NCBI GenBank assembly: GCA_963744995.1
Contig: CAVUWA010000010.1
Span: forward strand, 830,580-894,579
DNA: 64,000 bases
Direction: 5' to 3'
Origin: Candidatus Eiseniibacteriota bacterium
GTDB lineage: Bacteria; Eisenbacteria; RBG-16-71-46
In this document: positions 18,357 to 28,179 of the stretch, in pieces
Numbering within the stretch: position 1 is the first letter of the stretch
Layout of the letters: each line of letters opens with the position of its first letter
Made by a program: the position numbers and the translations under genes
Notes under the pieces: model-generated
Databases searched by the model: none
The model's input: the letters and a program-made list of their open reading frames with translations, nothing else
What the model was told of the DNA's origin: nothing

Positions 18357-19661
18357 CTATAGTAGCTTGTGTCGCAACAGTTTATAGGTGTGGATGTCGG
18401 CGCCGCGCCGGAGGGTCAGGGTGACCGACGAGCCCGGCGGGCCTTCGAGCCGGCGAATGACGGAGGCGACGTCCAGCAGTCGTGCCGGCGTTCCCGCGAG
18501 CGCGACCAGCACGTCACCGATGCGCATGCCCGCCGCCGCGGCGGGCGAGCCGCGCACCACCCCGGCCACGGTCAGCTCGCCACCCCGGCGTTCGATCTGG
18601 ATGCCGATCTGCGAGTCGCGGTGCGGCCGGTGCTCCCAGCCCGCTGGAAGCGGATCGAGCCACAGCAGCTGGTTCACGTAGTCGATGCCCACCCGATAGC
18701 GGCCGAGGAATGAGTAACCGATCAGCCCGTGCACAGGTCGATCCACGACGCTCGAAAGCGTTCTGCCGAGCGGGCCCCCGATGAGCGCGGTCTCGACGTG
18801 CGCTTCATCGATCGTTCCGTCGAGGCCGCGCAGCGAGACCAGCGGAACGTCGGCAACGCGGCCCTGCTCGTCGCCGAGCAGCGTCGGCGCGGTCAGCCCT
18901 TCCATGGCGCGCCAATCGTCCGCGTGGTGCACGACCCCGTCCATGGTCCCGCGAAACAGGACGCAGCGGGTGGCGCCGGTGTCGACGATCCAGGTGAGAT
19001 CGCCGCTCGCACGGTCGGGGCGCGGATCCGCAACGGTTCCGTGGACGAGGATCTTGCCGTCGCCCGCGAGCTCGAAGGGGATCACCCGCGCGCAATCCGA
19101 GAACCACGGGTTGAGCGCCCGCCGCGAGGCCTCGAGCGATTCTTCACGGCCCTGCGGCACGGGTACGATGGTCATCTCCGCGCGCATGTAGTCGACGATG
19201 ACCGCGCGTCCGGTGAGTGGCCGCTGGCCGAACAGGCCGAGGACGGACCGGTCGGTGGCGCGCCGCACGATGCTGCCATCGATGGTGAGCAGCGGCGTGA
19301 CGTAGTCGATCTCGAGAGCGCCGACCTCGAGACGCGCAAGCGGCCGCTGCGCGAGGTCGACGCCGGGCCGGCCGGGCCCGTCCACGAGACCGAGACGGAG
19401 GGCCACCGGCCGATCGAGTGCGAGGTATCCCGCTCCGCTGTCCAGCGCCATGAGACCCGCGGTGTCCGCATCCGCCCCGTGCAGCGTGGCTCTGAACAAC
19501 ACCAGCCCTTCCAGGTTCTCGAAGCGTACGCGCGCGCCGCCATCGGGAAGCGGCGCCTCACTATATGGCGTAATGCATTGTGCGCAAACAAAATATGGAG
19601 TTACAATCAGGGCCAGGACGGCCACGCGGATGGCGAACCGGAGGGGAGATCGCATGGCCAT
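18357..19661 (-). CDS. Secreted double retropepsin-like aspartyl protease with C-terminal PDZ domain
   Basis: Signal peptide; two catalytic motifs ALDSGA and IVDTGA; GLIGYSFL; PDZ IGIQI...GSPAAAAGMRIGDVL. Confidence 0.85.
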   Translation of the reverse strand: MAMRSPLRFAIRVAVLALIVTPYFVCAQCITPYSEAPLPDGGARVRFENLEGLVLFRATLHGADADTAGLMALDSGAGYLALDRPVALRLGLVDGPGRPGVDLAQRPLARLEVGALEIDYVTPLLTIDGSIVRRATDRSVLGLFGQRPLTGRAVIVDYMRAEMTIVPVPQGREESLEASRRALNPWFSDCARVIPFELAGDGKILVHGTVADPRPDRASGDLTWIVDTGATRCVLFRGTMDGVVHHADDWRAMEGLTAPTLLGDEQGRVADVPLVSLRGLDGTIDEAHVETALIGGPLGRTLSSVVDRPVHGLIGYSFLGRYRVGIDYVNQLLWLDPLPAGWEHRPHRDSQIGIQIERRGGELTVAGVVRGSPAAAAGMRIGDVLVALAGTPARLLDVASVIRRLEGPPGSSVTLTLRRGADIHTYKLLRHKLL

Positions 19662-19717
19662 CGGCTCGGCGAGTCCTTTCGCGAGGTGGCGTGGTGGGAA
19701 AAACCAACTCTCTCCGC

Positions 19718-20116
19718 TCAGCGCCCGAAGGTCGAGCCCATTTCCACGGCTTCGGAACCGGTCTCGAGCATCGTGCAGCGGCCGGTGAAGAAGACCCCCG
19801 GTTCCATGACGACGCTCATGGCGGCAACGTCGCCTTCCATGTGGGCGCCTGCCTTCATCTCGATCACGCCGAGCGCCCGCATGTTGCCGACCACACGCCC
19901 CTCGATCAGCGCTTCCTTGACCTCGATGTCGGCGCGCATCACGCCATGCTCACCCACCTCGAGGCGCTCGCAGTTGAGGATGTCGCCTTCGAACTCACCC
20001 TCGATGCGCAGCGTTCCGGTGATCATCAACGTGCCGCGCACATTGGACCCGACGCCGATGAGCGTGTTCGCCGGTTCGCGCCCTTCCTGGACTGGTGGCT
20101 TCGATTTGAACATCAT
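19718..20116 (-). CDS. Bactofilin (polymer-forming cytoskeletal protein)
   Basis: TLIGVGSNVRGTL...LRIEGEFEGDI...GVFFTGRCTM beta-helix repeats. Confidence 0.9.
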   Translation of the reverse strand: MMFKSKPPVQEGREPANTLIGVGSNVRGTLMITGTLRIEGEFEGDILNCERLEVGEHGVMRADIEVKEALIEGRVVGNMRALGVIEMKAGAHMEGDVAAMSVVMEPGVFFTGRCTMLETGSEAVEMGSTFGR

Positions 20117-20180
20117 GCGGTCCCCCTCAAAGGGTCGAGCGAGTCAGCCTTGAACGATTCATGCACGGCCGGCCGAACGC

Positions 20181-21071
20181 CTACAGCACGGACCAGGCTT
20201 CGAGTAGTCGCTCGAGATCTTCCTGGCCGTAGTATTCGAATGTCACTTTCCCGCCCTTGCGGCCGGGGGCGATGCTGACGTGCGTTCCGAACTTCTGCTG
20301 CAGCTTGATTTCCCACTCACCCAGCCCCTCCAGCTTCTCGGTGCGCGGCCGCGAGTGATGCTTGCGCAGGCGGCGGCGGACATAGGACTCGGTGCGTCGC
20401 ACCGAAAACCCCTTCGACGACACGTAGCGCGCCGCCGCGAGTTGATCTCCGCCGCTCTCCAGGCTGAGGAGTGCCCGGGCATGCCCGGACGAGAGTGTTC
20501 CACGTGAAACCATGTCCTGAACTTCCACCGGAAGTCCAAGCAGACGAAGCGAATTGGTGATGGAGACACGGCCCTTTCCGACCCGTTCGGAGATCTGCTC
20601 GTGTGTGAGCCTGAGATCCATCGTCAGGGTGCGGAACGCCTTGGCCTCATCGATCGGGTTCAGGTTCTCGCGCTGGATGTTCTCGACCAGCGCCAGCTCC
20701 ACCATTTCGCGATCGCTGACCTCTCGGATGATTGCGGGGACACGCTCGAGAGCGGCCAGCGCAGCTGCGCGCAGGCGCCGCTCGCCGGCGATGAGCTGAT
20801 AACCACCGGTCGGATCGGGTCGCAGCAGCAACGGCTGCAGCACCCCGGTCGCCCGGATCGAAGCGGCGAGCTCCGCCAGGCTCTCGTCGTCGAAGCGGGT
20901 CCGCGGCTGATGCGGATTGGGCCCGATCTCTTCGATCGGGATCATGACGGGCGCTCCGGTGCCCGGCTTCCGCTCGGCGGACGCCTGGGAAGGCTCCGTC
21001 GGCGCGGCCACCGCGCCCCCGGCACCCGGAATCAGGGCTTCAAGCCCCCTGCCGAGCGCTTTCCTCTGCAT
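20181..21071 (-). CDS. parB: Chromosome partitioning protein ParB
   Basis: RKALGRGLEALI, PNPHQPR, GERRLRA CTPase motif, ENIQRENLNPIDEA, HTH. Confidence 0.97.
   Translation of the reverse strand: MQRKALGRGLEALIPGAGGAVAAPTEPSQASAERKPGTGAPVMIPIEEIGPNPHQPRTRFDDESLAELAASIRATGVLQPLLLRPDPTGGYQLIAGERRLRAAALAALERVPAIIREVSDREMVELALVENIQRENLNPIDEAKAFRTLTMDLRLTHEQISERVGKGRVSITNSLRLLGLPVEVQDMVSRGTLSSGHARALLSLESGGDQLAAARYVSSKGFSVRRTESYVRRRLRKHHSRPRTEKLEGLGEWEIKLQQKFGTHVSIAPGRKGGKVTFEYYGQEDLERLLEAWSVL
20496..20511. other. parS site inside parB
   Basis: TGTTCCACGTGAAACC compared with consensus TGTTNCACGTGAAACA. Confidence 0.75.
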
Positions 21072-21825
21072 GCTCAAGAACCTCCCGCGCCAGCTGCCGG
21101 TAGCTCTCGGCCCCGCTGGAATGTGGATCGTAGAGAACGATGGGCTTGCCGAACGACGGCGCCTCGCTCAGGCGCACGTTCCTGGGTATTGAAGTCTTGT
21201 AGACTCTTTCCGCAAAGAACTTTCTTGCTTCGTCAGCAACCTGCTGAGAGAGATTGAGCCGGGCATCGAACATCGTGAGGAGCACACCCTCGATGCGCAG
21301 GCCGCGATTCAGATGATCCTGTACGAGCCGGATCGCCCCGATCAGCTGGGTCAGCCCCTCCAGGGCGAGGTACTCGCACTGCAGCGGGATCAACACCGAA
21401 TCGGACGCCGTCAGTGCGTTGATCGTCAACATGCTCAACGACGGCGGGCAGTCCACCAGGACGTAGTCGTACTCCTCGCGGACCGCTTCCAGACAGTGCT
21501 TGAGGCGCGTCTCGCGCGCCATGACGCCGACCAGCTCCACTTCGGCGCCGGACAGCCGCTGTCCCGCAGGGACCAGGTCCAGGTTGGCCAGCGAGGTCGG
21601 CGTTATCGACTGGCGCAGATCCGCGTTGCCGAGCAGCGCTTCGTAGATCGTGACGGCCTTGTCGTTCCCGTTGATGCCGAGGCCGCTCGAGGCATTGCCC
21701 TGCGGATCGATGTCGATGAGGAGAACCCGTCGGTTCTCCTGCGCAATGCACGCGCCGAGATTGATCGCCGTGGTGGTCTTGCCGACGCCACCCTTCTGGC
21801 TGGCGATCGAAATGACTTTTCCCAT
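21040..21825 (-). CDS. parA: Chromosome partitioning ATPase ParA/Soj
   Basis: QKGGVGKTT deviant Walker A, DIDPQGN, VDCPPSL, LSEAPSFGKP. Confidence 0.97.
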   Translation of the reverse strand: MGKVISIASQKGGVGKTTTAINLGACIAQENRRVLLIDIDPQGNASSGLGINGNDKAVTIYEALLGNADLRQSITPTSLANLDLVPAGQRLSGAEVELVGVMARETRLKHCLEAVREEYDYVLVDCPPSLSMLTINALTASDSVLIPLQCEYLALEGLTQLIGAIRLVQDHLNRGLRIEGVLLTMFDARLNLSQQVADEARKFFAERVYKTSIPRNVRLSEAPSFGKPIVLYDPHSSGAESYRQLAREVLEHAEESARQGA

Positions 21826-21969
21826 ATCCCTATGCCATGCGGGGGCGGACTTCTTGCCCACCTGACTGAAGTAACGAGGTCTCGCGGAACGCGACCGTCG
21901 CGTGGCATCGGTGTGGGCCACGCGACCGTCGCAAAGTATCAACGCGCCGATCGCGGAACAAGCGGGATT

Positions 21970-21985
21970 TGTTTCACGTGAAACG
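21970..21985. other. parS site upstream of parA
   Basis: TGTTTCACGTGAAACG, near-perfect palindrome. Confidence 0.9.
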
Positions 21986-22011
21986 CTGCCGCACGAATCA
22001 GCGTTACAACC

Positions 22012-23088
22012 TCAAATCTTTTCGAATACAACGACGGAAGTGGGCGTGTCCGGGAGCCGGATGGTGGTGCGCTCCCTCCATCCATCGCGCCAGGACGCAT
22101 CCGCACGCATCTCATCCACGTGGCGCTCGCCCTTCCATAGATATGCGGCACCGCCTGATGCGACGAAACGCGAAGCCTGGTGCAGGGTCGGGACGAGATG
22201 CAGCGTCGCGCGGGAGGTCACGCCGCGAACTTCCGGCGGCAGCGCCTCGCGCGCGAGAGACTCGATGCGGGCGCAGATCACGTCCACATTGTCGAGTCCC
22301 AACTCTTGCTTCACCTTCTGCAGAAACAGTGTCTTCATGCGGCGCGATTCGACCAGCGTCCAGGTCCGGCCGACGCCGACGAGTGCAAGCGGGATGGCGG
22401 GCAGTCCGCCGCCCGACCCGATGTCGACCCAGTCGTCGATTCCGGCGCCCAGCAGCTCCGCAACGGGCCCGAGCGATTCACCGATATGCCGCTGGATCAA
22501 TCGCCCTTCATCATTACGTGACAACAGGTTAGAAACGCTTCGATTCCACTGGATCAACAGCTCGGCATAGCGGCGCAGACGACCGAGCGCCGGCGCGGGA
22601 TCCACCCCGGCGGCCCGCAGCCGCTCGCCAAGGGGCTGCCAGGGCTGCCGATCGAGGATGCGCCCGATCGCTTCGGGCGTCACCCCGGGTCGCTTGAGCG
22701 TGGCTTTGCCCGCGGTTCGCGCCGCGCTGCGCGGCCGCCCGCGGGACGGGGCCGCGCCCGGGCGGGGCGTGCCGGGACGCGCGGGCGCCGAGCGGTCACG
22801 CGCACGTCCCGGGCCGCCGCGCGCGGGCGCTGCGCTTTCGCGCGAGCGCCCCGTCCCGCCGCGCGCGGGCCGCGTGCCCTCGCGCGAGCGACCCGTCCCT
22901 TCGCGCGCAGACCCCGAACGATCGCGCGGCGGTCCGGATTCCTGGCGCGCGCGCCGCGGCGCGGAGCGGCCGGCGGCGGCGGCGGCGCCGGCGCGGACGC
23001 GCGGCGGTTCCGCACCGGATCGCCGCGCATCGTCGCGCCCGCGCGCCGGGCGTACGGAGCGGCCGGAGGATCGAGGAGGTTTCTTCAT
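22012..23088 (-). CDS. rsmG: 16S rRNA m7G527 methyltransferase with long Arg-rich N-terminal extension
   Basis: WNRSVSNL, RHIGESL, DIGSGGGLP, LVESRRMK, VTSRA; lies between mnmG and parA; start uncertain. Confidence 0.88.
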   Translation of the reverse strand: MKKPPRSSGRSVRPARGRDDARRSGAEPPRVRAGAAAAAGRSAPRRARQESGPPRDRSGSAREGTGRSREGTRPARGGTGRSRESAAPARGGPGRARDRSAPARPGTPRPGAAPSRGRPRSAARTAGKATLKRPGVTPEAIGRILDRQPWQPLGERLRAAGVDPAPALGRLRRYAELLIQWNRSVSNLLSRNDEGRLIQRHIGESLGPVAELLGAGIDDWVDIGSGGGLPAIPLALVGVGRTWTLVESRRMKTLFLQKVKQELGLDNVDVICARIESLAREALPPEVRGVTSRATLHLVPTLHQASRFVASGGAAYLWKGERHVDEMRADASWRDGWRERTTIRLPDTPTSVVVFEKI

Positions 23089-23244
23089 GCGGTCCGCACT
23101 GTAGCGGCGCGGCGCCTCCGCCACCAGCGGGCTCGTGCGGGGGGCGCGGCGGGGGTGCGCGATGCGGGGCGCCGCTGCACCGCGCCGGATGGAATCAGGC
23201 GCAGACCGGCCGCGCGTGCGCGCGCGGCCGCGGCGCGCGGCGCG

Positions 23245-25149
23245 TCAGGCCGTGGCGTCCGTCGCGGGCGCGGCGATCCTGCGCGCGTGCACCAGCAGCA
23301 CCGCGATGTCGGAGGGCGAGACGCCGGCGATCCGTGACGCCTGCGCTACCGTCGCAGGCTTCCAGCGTCTGAGCTTTTCGAGCGCTTCGCTCGAGAGCCC
23401 CGCAAGCGCCTCGCGCCACAGCGCCTCGGGCAGCGCATGACGTTCCATCGCCGCCGAGCGTTCTGCGGTGCGCCGCTGGCGTTCGATGTAGCCGCGGTAG
23501 CGCACGCGCACGACGAGACAGTCCGCCCATGCGGGCGGCAGCGGCGCCTCGATCCCATGTGCGGCGAGCGCCTCATAGCGGCTGTCGGGCCGCGCGAGGA
23601 ACTCGATTCCGGAAAGCCCGCGCAGCGGCGTGCGGCCGTCCGCCGCCGGCGGCGCCCCGAGGTCCGGGACCTTCACGGTCACGCGATGGAGACGCCGCTC
23701 TTCGGCGTCGATCGCTTCGCGTTTGGCGCGTGCGCGGTCGCGTTCCTCCGCGGTGATCAGGCCGGCGTGGAAGCCGCGCTCGGTGAGCCGCTCGTCGGCG
23801 TTGTCGGCACGCAGCAGCAGCCGGTGTTCGGCCGCGGAGGTGAACATCCGGTACGGCTCGCGATGCTCGCGCGTCACCAGGTCGTCGACGAGCACGCCGA
23901 TGTAGGCTTCGTCGCGGCGCAGCACGAACGGCGCCGCGCCGCGCACGGCCCGCGCCGCGTTCACGCCGGCGACGAACCCCTGCGCCGCCGCCTCCTCGTA
24001 GCCCGACGTGCCGCAGATCTGCCCCGCGAGGAACAGACCCGGCACCGTCTTCACCTCCAGCGTCGGCTTGAGCTGATGCGGCATCACGAAGTCGTACTCG
24101 ACCGCGTAGCCGGGGCGCAGCATTCGCGCCGCGCCGAGTCCGCGCATCGAGCGGATGAATGCGAGCTGCACCTCCTCCGGCATGCTGGTCGAGACGCCGT
24201 TGACGTAGATCTCGTCCACGTCGCGGCCTTCGGGCTCGAGGAACACGTGATGCGAATCGCGCCCGGGGAACTTCACCACCTTGTCTTCGATCGACGGGCA
24301 GTAGCGCGGCCCGGTGCCGCGGATCTCGCCCGAGTACATCGGCGAGCGGCCGATGTTGTCGCGAATCAGTTCGTGCGTGCGCGCGTTGGTCTCGGTGCGG
24401 TGGCAGAGCACCTGCTCCACGTCCAGCGCGCCGGTCCAGTGCGAGAACGGCTGCGGCGGATCGTCGCCCGCATCGGGGTCGACCGCATCCCAGTCGATCG
24501 AATCGCGGTGGAGGCGCGGCGGCGTTCCGGTCTTGAGCCGGCCACGCTCGAGACCCAGCTCGGCAAGGCACTCGCTGAGCGCGCGCGCGGCATGCTCGCC
24601 GATGCGTCCGCCTTCGAGCTTCCGCGCTCCGATGTGAATGAGCCCGTTGAGGAACGTACCCGGCGTGATCACGACGGCGCGCGCGCCGATCACGCGACCG
24701 TCGGCGAGCTCGATGCCGGCCACGCGGCCGTGCTCGAGCACGACATGATTCGCGACCCCCGCGACCCGCTCGAGGCCGGGAAGCGCGTCGAGCGCGCGGC
24801 CCATCTCCACCGAATAGAGGGCCTTGTCGCACTGCGCACGCGGCGACCAGACGGCCGGGCCGCGGCCGCGGTTGAGCATCTTGAACTGGATGCCGGCGCG
24901 GTCGGTGACGCGGCCCATGAGCCCGCCGAGCGCGTCGATCTCGCGCACCATGTGGCCCTTCGCGATCCCGCCGATCGCCGGATTGCACGACATCTTCGCG
25001 GTGTCGGCGAGGTTCACGGTGAGCAGGATCGTGTGGAGCCCGAGCCGCGAGCAGGCCGCCGCCGCCTCGCAGCCGGCATGCCCCGCGCCGACCACCAGCA
25101 CGTCGCACGCCGCCCGGGCGTCGCGTGCGAAGCCCGCGCGCGCCGTCAC
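23245..25149 (-). CDS. mnmG: tRNA U34 carboxymethylaminomethyl modification enzyme MnmG (GidA)
   Basis: GAGHAGCEA, MSCNPAIGG, LKTGTPPR, GPRYCPSIEDK, GTSGYEEAAAQG. Confidence 0.98.
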   Translation of the reverse strand: MTARAGFARDARAACDVLVVGAGHAGCEAAAACSRLGLHTILLTVNLADTAKMSCNPAIGGIAKGHMVREIDALGGLMGRVTDRAGIQFKMLNRGRGPAVWSPRAQCDKALYSVEMGRALDALPGLERVAGVANHVVLEHGRVAGIELADGRVIGARAVVITPGTFLNGLIHIGARKLEGGRIGEHAARALSECLAELGLERGRLKTGTPPRLHRDSIDWDAVDPDAGDDPPQPFSHWTGALDVEQVLCHRTETNARTHELIRDNIGRSPMYSGEIRGTGPRYCPSIEDKVVKFPGRDSHHVFLEPEGRDVDEIYVNGVSTSMPEEVQLAFIRSMRGLGAARMLRPGYAVEYDFVMPHQLKPTLEVKTVPGLFLAGQICGTSGYEEAAAQGFVAGVNAARAVRGAAPFVLRRDEAYIGVLVDDLVTREHREPYRMFTSAAEHRLLLRADNADERLTERGFHAGLITAEERDRARAKREAIDAEERRLHRVTVKVPDLGAPPAADGRTPLRGLSGIEFLARPDSRYEALAAHGIEAPLPPAWADCLVVRVRYRGYIERQRRTAERSAAMERHALPEALWREALAGLSSEALEKLRRWKPATVAQASRIAGVSPSDIAVLLVHARRIAAPATDATA

Positions 25150-26663
25150 TTGCCGATGCAGAAGCGGCTGAAGATCCGATCGAGCAGATCCTCGCCGACT
25201 TCGCGCCCCGTGACTTCACCGATCGCCGCCAGCGCCTCGCGCAGCTCGAGCGCCACGAGCTCGCCCGGCAGGCCGTCGCGCGCCGCGGCGCCGGCGCGGC
25301 CCAGCGCCGCGCGCGCGCGCTCGAGCGCCTCGACGTGGCGCGGGTTGCTCACCGCCTGCGCGAGCGCGCCCGCCCGCACGGACGGCGGCGCGAGGACCAC
25401 GGCGGACGCGGCGAGTTCGGCCGCGAACGGATCGCCGTTCGGCGGTGCGGCCGCCGCGTGGGCCTCGTGCGGCGCGCCCGCGTGCACGGCGGGCGGCACC
25501 AGGCCGAGCGGCACGGCGCCCATCATGCGCGCGAGCGTCGCGCGCAGCGCGTCGAGCCCCTCGCCGGTCAGCGCGGAGACCTCGACGCACGCATGGCGTG
25601 CCCCCCCCGGCAGAGCGCGCACCGCGGCCGCAGTGGTGACCGCGCCGGCGTCGTGCTTGTTGAGCGCCACCAGCACGCGGCGGCCTTCCAGCGCCGCCGC
25701 GATCCGATGGTCCTCTTCCCCGAGCGGCGCCGCGCCGTCCACCACCCACAGCGCCAGCGTGGCTTCGGCCAGCGCCTCCTGCGCGCGCGCAATGCCGATC
25801 GCCTCGACCGGTTCGTCCGACTCGCGCAGCCCGGCCGTGTCGGAGAGCGTCACGCGGACGCCCGCGATCTCGACGGCCTCGCTCACGCGGTCGCGGGTCG
25901 TCCCCGGCCGGTCGGTGACGATCGCCCGCGCTTCGCCGAGCAGGGCGTTGAAGAGCGACGATTTGCCCACGTTGGGGCGGCCGACGATCGGCACCCGCAC
26001 GCCTTCGCGCACGGCACGCGCCCAGTCGGCGCCTTCGAGCAGTGCGGCGAGATCGCGGCCCACCTGCTGGATCGCGTGGACCACCTGCGGCGGCACCTCG
26101 ATTCCGCCGACGTCTTCGGCGAAGTCCACCCGCGCCTCGACCTCGGCCACAGCGTCCGTGACACGATCGGCGAGCGTCACGATCCGCCGCGACAGCCCGC
26201 CCGCGAGCTGGCCGAGCGCGAGTTCGCGCGCGCCCTCGGTCTCCGCATGGATCAGGTCCGCAACCGCCTCGGCCTGCGCCAGGTCGATGCGCCCGTTGAG
26301 AAACGCGCGCAGCGTGAACTCGCCCGGATTCGCGAGCCGCGCGCCGGCCGCGAGCAGCGCCGCCAGCACCCGTTCCGCGGGCAGCCGGCCGCCGTGGCAG
26401 GAGAACTCCACCACGTGCTCGCGGGTATAGCTGCGCGGCGCACGGAACAGCGCTGCGACCACCTCGTCGAGACGCGAGCCGGCCGCGTCGACCGCCCAGC
26501 CGTGGTGCAGCGTGTGGCTCGGCTGCCCGGCGAGCGGGGCCTGCCCGCGGAACGCGCGATCGGCGATCGCCGGCGCAGCGTCGCCGCTCAGGCGGACCAC
26601 GGCGAGGCCGGCCGCGCCGGGCGCGGTGGCGATGGCCGCGATGGTGTCGATGGCGTGGCTCAT
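25146..26663 (-). CDS. mnmE: tRNA modification GTPase MnmE (TrmE)
   Basis: DTIAAIAT, GEFTLRAFLNG, GRPNVGKSS, GTTRD, DTAG, NKHD, terminal FCIGK. Confidence 0.98.
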   Translation of the reverse strand: MSHAIDTIAAIATAPGAAGLAVVRLSGDAAPAIADRAFRGQAPLAGQPSHTLHHGWAVDAAGSRLDEVVAALFRAPRSYTREHVVEFSCHGGRLPAERVLAALLAAGARLANPGEFTLRAFLNGRIDLAQAEAVADLIHAETEGARELALGQLAGGLSRRIVTLADRVTDAVAEVEARVDFAEDVGGIEVPPQVVHAIQQVGRDLAALLEGADWARAVREGVRVPIVGRPNVGKSSLFNALLGEARAIVTDRPGTTRDRVSEAVEIAGVRVTLSDTAGLRESDEPVEAIGIARAQEALAEATLALWVVDGAAPLGEEDHRIAAALEGRRVLVALNKHDAGAVTTAAAVRALPGGARHACVEVSALTGEGLDALRATLARMMGAVPLGLVPPAVHAGAPHEAHAAAAPPNGDPFAAELAASAVVLAPPSVRAGALAQAVSNPRHVEALERARAALGRAGAAARDGLPGELVALELREALAAIGEVTGREVGEDLLDRIFSRFCIGK

Positions 26664-26739
26664 GGGGTGACAGAACCCTCAAGACGAAGCGCCGGACCCG
26701 ACGGCTGCCCGGCGCTTCCGAGTTCGCGATTCGCCCGGG

Positions 26740-28179
26740 TCAGTCGTCCGTGCGATCGCCTTCCGGAAAGTCCGCGGGCGCGATCGCCACGCGTTTGATC
26801 ATTCCCGTTCCGAGCGCGTAGGTCTTCACGCGCTCGTCGTCGCGCAGCGTCATGTGGACGATGCGGCGCTCCTGGGAGTTCAGGTATTCGGTGACGACCT
26901 CGTCGTTCTTCTCGATCGCCTCGCCCGCGAGATCCGCCGCCATGGTGCGCAGCTCGTCTTCGCGCTGCTGCCAGAAATCGTTGACCTCGAGCTGCAGGTG
27001 GTAGCGCGAGCCCTGGCCGCGATTGACCATGCGGTTGAGCAGGTGCTGCATCGCCTGCCGAACCTCGCCCTTGGGGCCGGTGAGCAGATCGTCCTGCTGC
27101 GCCACCTCGACGGTCACGTCGACGCGATCGCCGTCGGCCTTTGCCGACACCTTGGCGTCGAAGCCCATCGCCTTCATGAGTTCCGTGGTCCAGTGCATGG
27201 CGTCGTCGGCGAGTGCCGGGTGATCCTCCGCTGCCGGCTCCGAAGGCCGCGACTCCGCCACCGCCGGCGTCGCCGGGGCGGGTGTCGCCGCCGGCGCGGC
27301 GGCGGGTTCGGCGTGCGCCGCAGCAGGTTCCGCCTGCGCGGAGGCGGGATCGGCCGGCTCGGAGCGTTCCTCGAAGCGGATGACGGCCTCGGTCTGCACG
27401 TCCTCCGTTTCGGGCCGCGAGACCTTCGCCACGACATCCGTGGAGGCCGCATCCGCCACCGCCACGAACCCGACCGGCGGCTCGTGCGGGGCCGGTGCGG
27501 CCGCAGGGCCCTCCGGCGCGTGCGCTTCGGCCGGGGCGTTCTCCCGCGGCTGGTTCTCGCCCTCGCCGCGCCGCTCGCCGCGGCGGCCGCGGCCGCCCCG
27601 GCGCCCACGCCGCCGGCGGCGCCGTTGCTCGTCGCCTCCGTTTGCGTCGTCGCCGGCGACCTCGGCCGGCGCGGGTGACGGCGGGCGGGTTTCGGTACGT
27701 TCGGCCGATCGCTCCGCGGGACGCTCTTCGCGGCGCCGTCCGCCGCGGCCGCGCTCGCCGCCACGACGCTCGCCGCGGCGTCCTTCACCACCGCGCCCCT
27801 CGCCGCCGCGACTCTCGCCGCTGCGACCCTCGCCGCTGCGTTCGCGACCTTCTCGAGCGCCTTCAGCGCTGCGGCGCCCGCGGCCGTTGCGCTCGCCGCG
27901 GCCTTCGCCGCGGCCACGGCGCCCGTCGCGGCCGCCTTCACGACGTCCCCGGCCGCGCCGCTCGCGGTCCCGTTCGCCTTCCTCGTCGCGGGGCGGGCCA
28001 CCCGGGCGCGGCATGATGATGACCTTGTACGGCCGGGCACCGAGCCCCAGGAAACCGCCCGAGCCTTCTTCCACCACGTTGATCATGACTTCCGCCCGCG
28101 ACATGCCCAGGGTGTCCAGCCCCTTTCGTACGGCATCGTCGAGCGTCTTGCCTTCGAACATCGAGCCTTTGGGCCCCAT
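26740..28179 (-). CDS. jag: Jag/EloR/KhpB RNA-binding protein with long low-complexity insert
   Basis: Jag_N (EGKTLDDAV...GFLGLG), KH GxxG (GPKG), R3H (ERRIVH); follows yidC. Confidence 0.9.
   Translation of the reverse strand: MGPKGSMFEGKTLDDAVRKGLDTLGMSRAEVMINVVEEGSGGFLGLGARPYKVIIMPRPGGPPRDEEGERDRERRGRGRREGGRDGRRGRGEGRGERNGRGRRSAEGAREGRERSGEGRSGESRGGEGRGGEGRRGERRGGERGRGGRRREERPAERSAERTETRPPSPAPAEVAGDDANGGDEQRRRRRRGRRGGRGRRGERRGEGENQPRENAPAEAHAPEGPAAAPAPHEPPVGFVAVADAASTDVVAKVSRPETEDVQTEAVIRFEERSEPADPASAQAEPAAAHAEPAAAPAATPAPATPAVAESRPSEPAAEDHPALADDAMHWTTELMKAMGFDAKVSAKADGDRVDVTVEVAQQDDLLTGPKGEVRQAMQHLLNRMVNRGQGSRYHLQLEVNDFWQQREDELRTMAADLAGEAIEKNDEVVTEYLNSQERRIVHMTLRDDERVKTYALGTGMIKRVAIAPADFPEGDRTDD

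Noticed and set aside
18142..21130. TGTGGAT DnaA-box-like words near 18142, 18389 and 21122
   Set aside because: Two mismatches each, scattered and mostly within coding sequence; no oriC cluster
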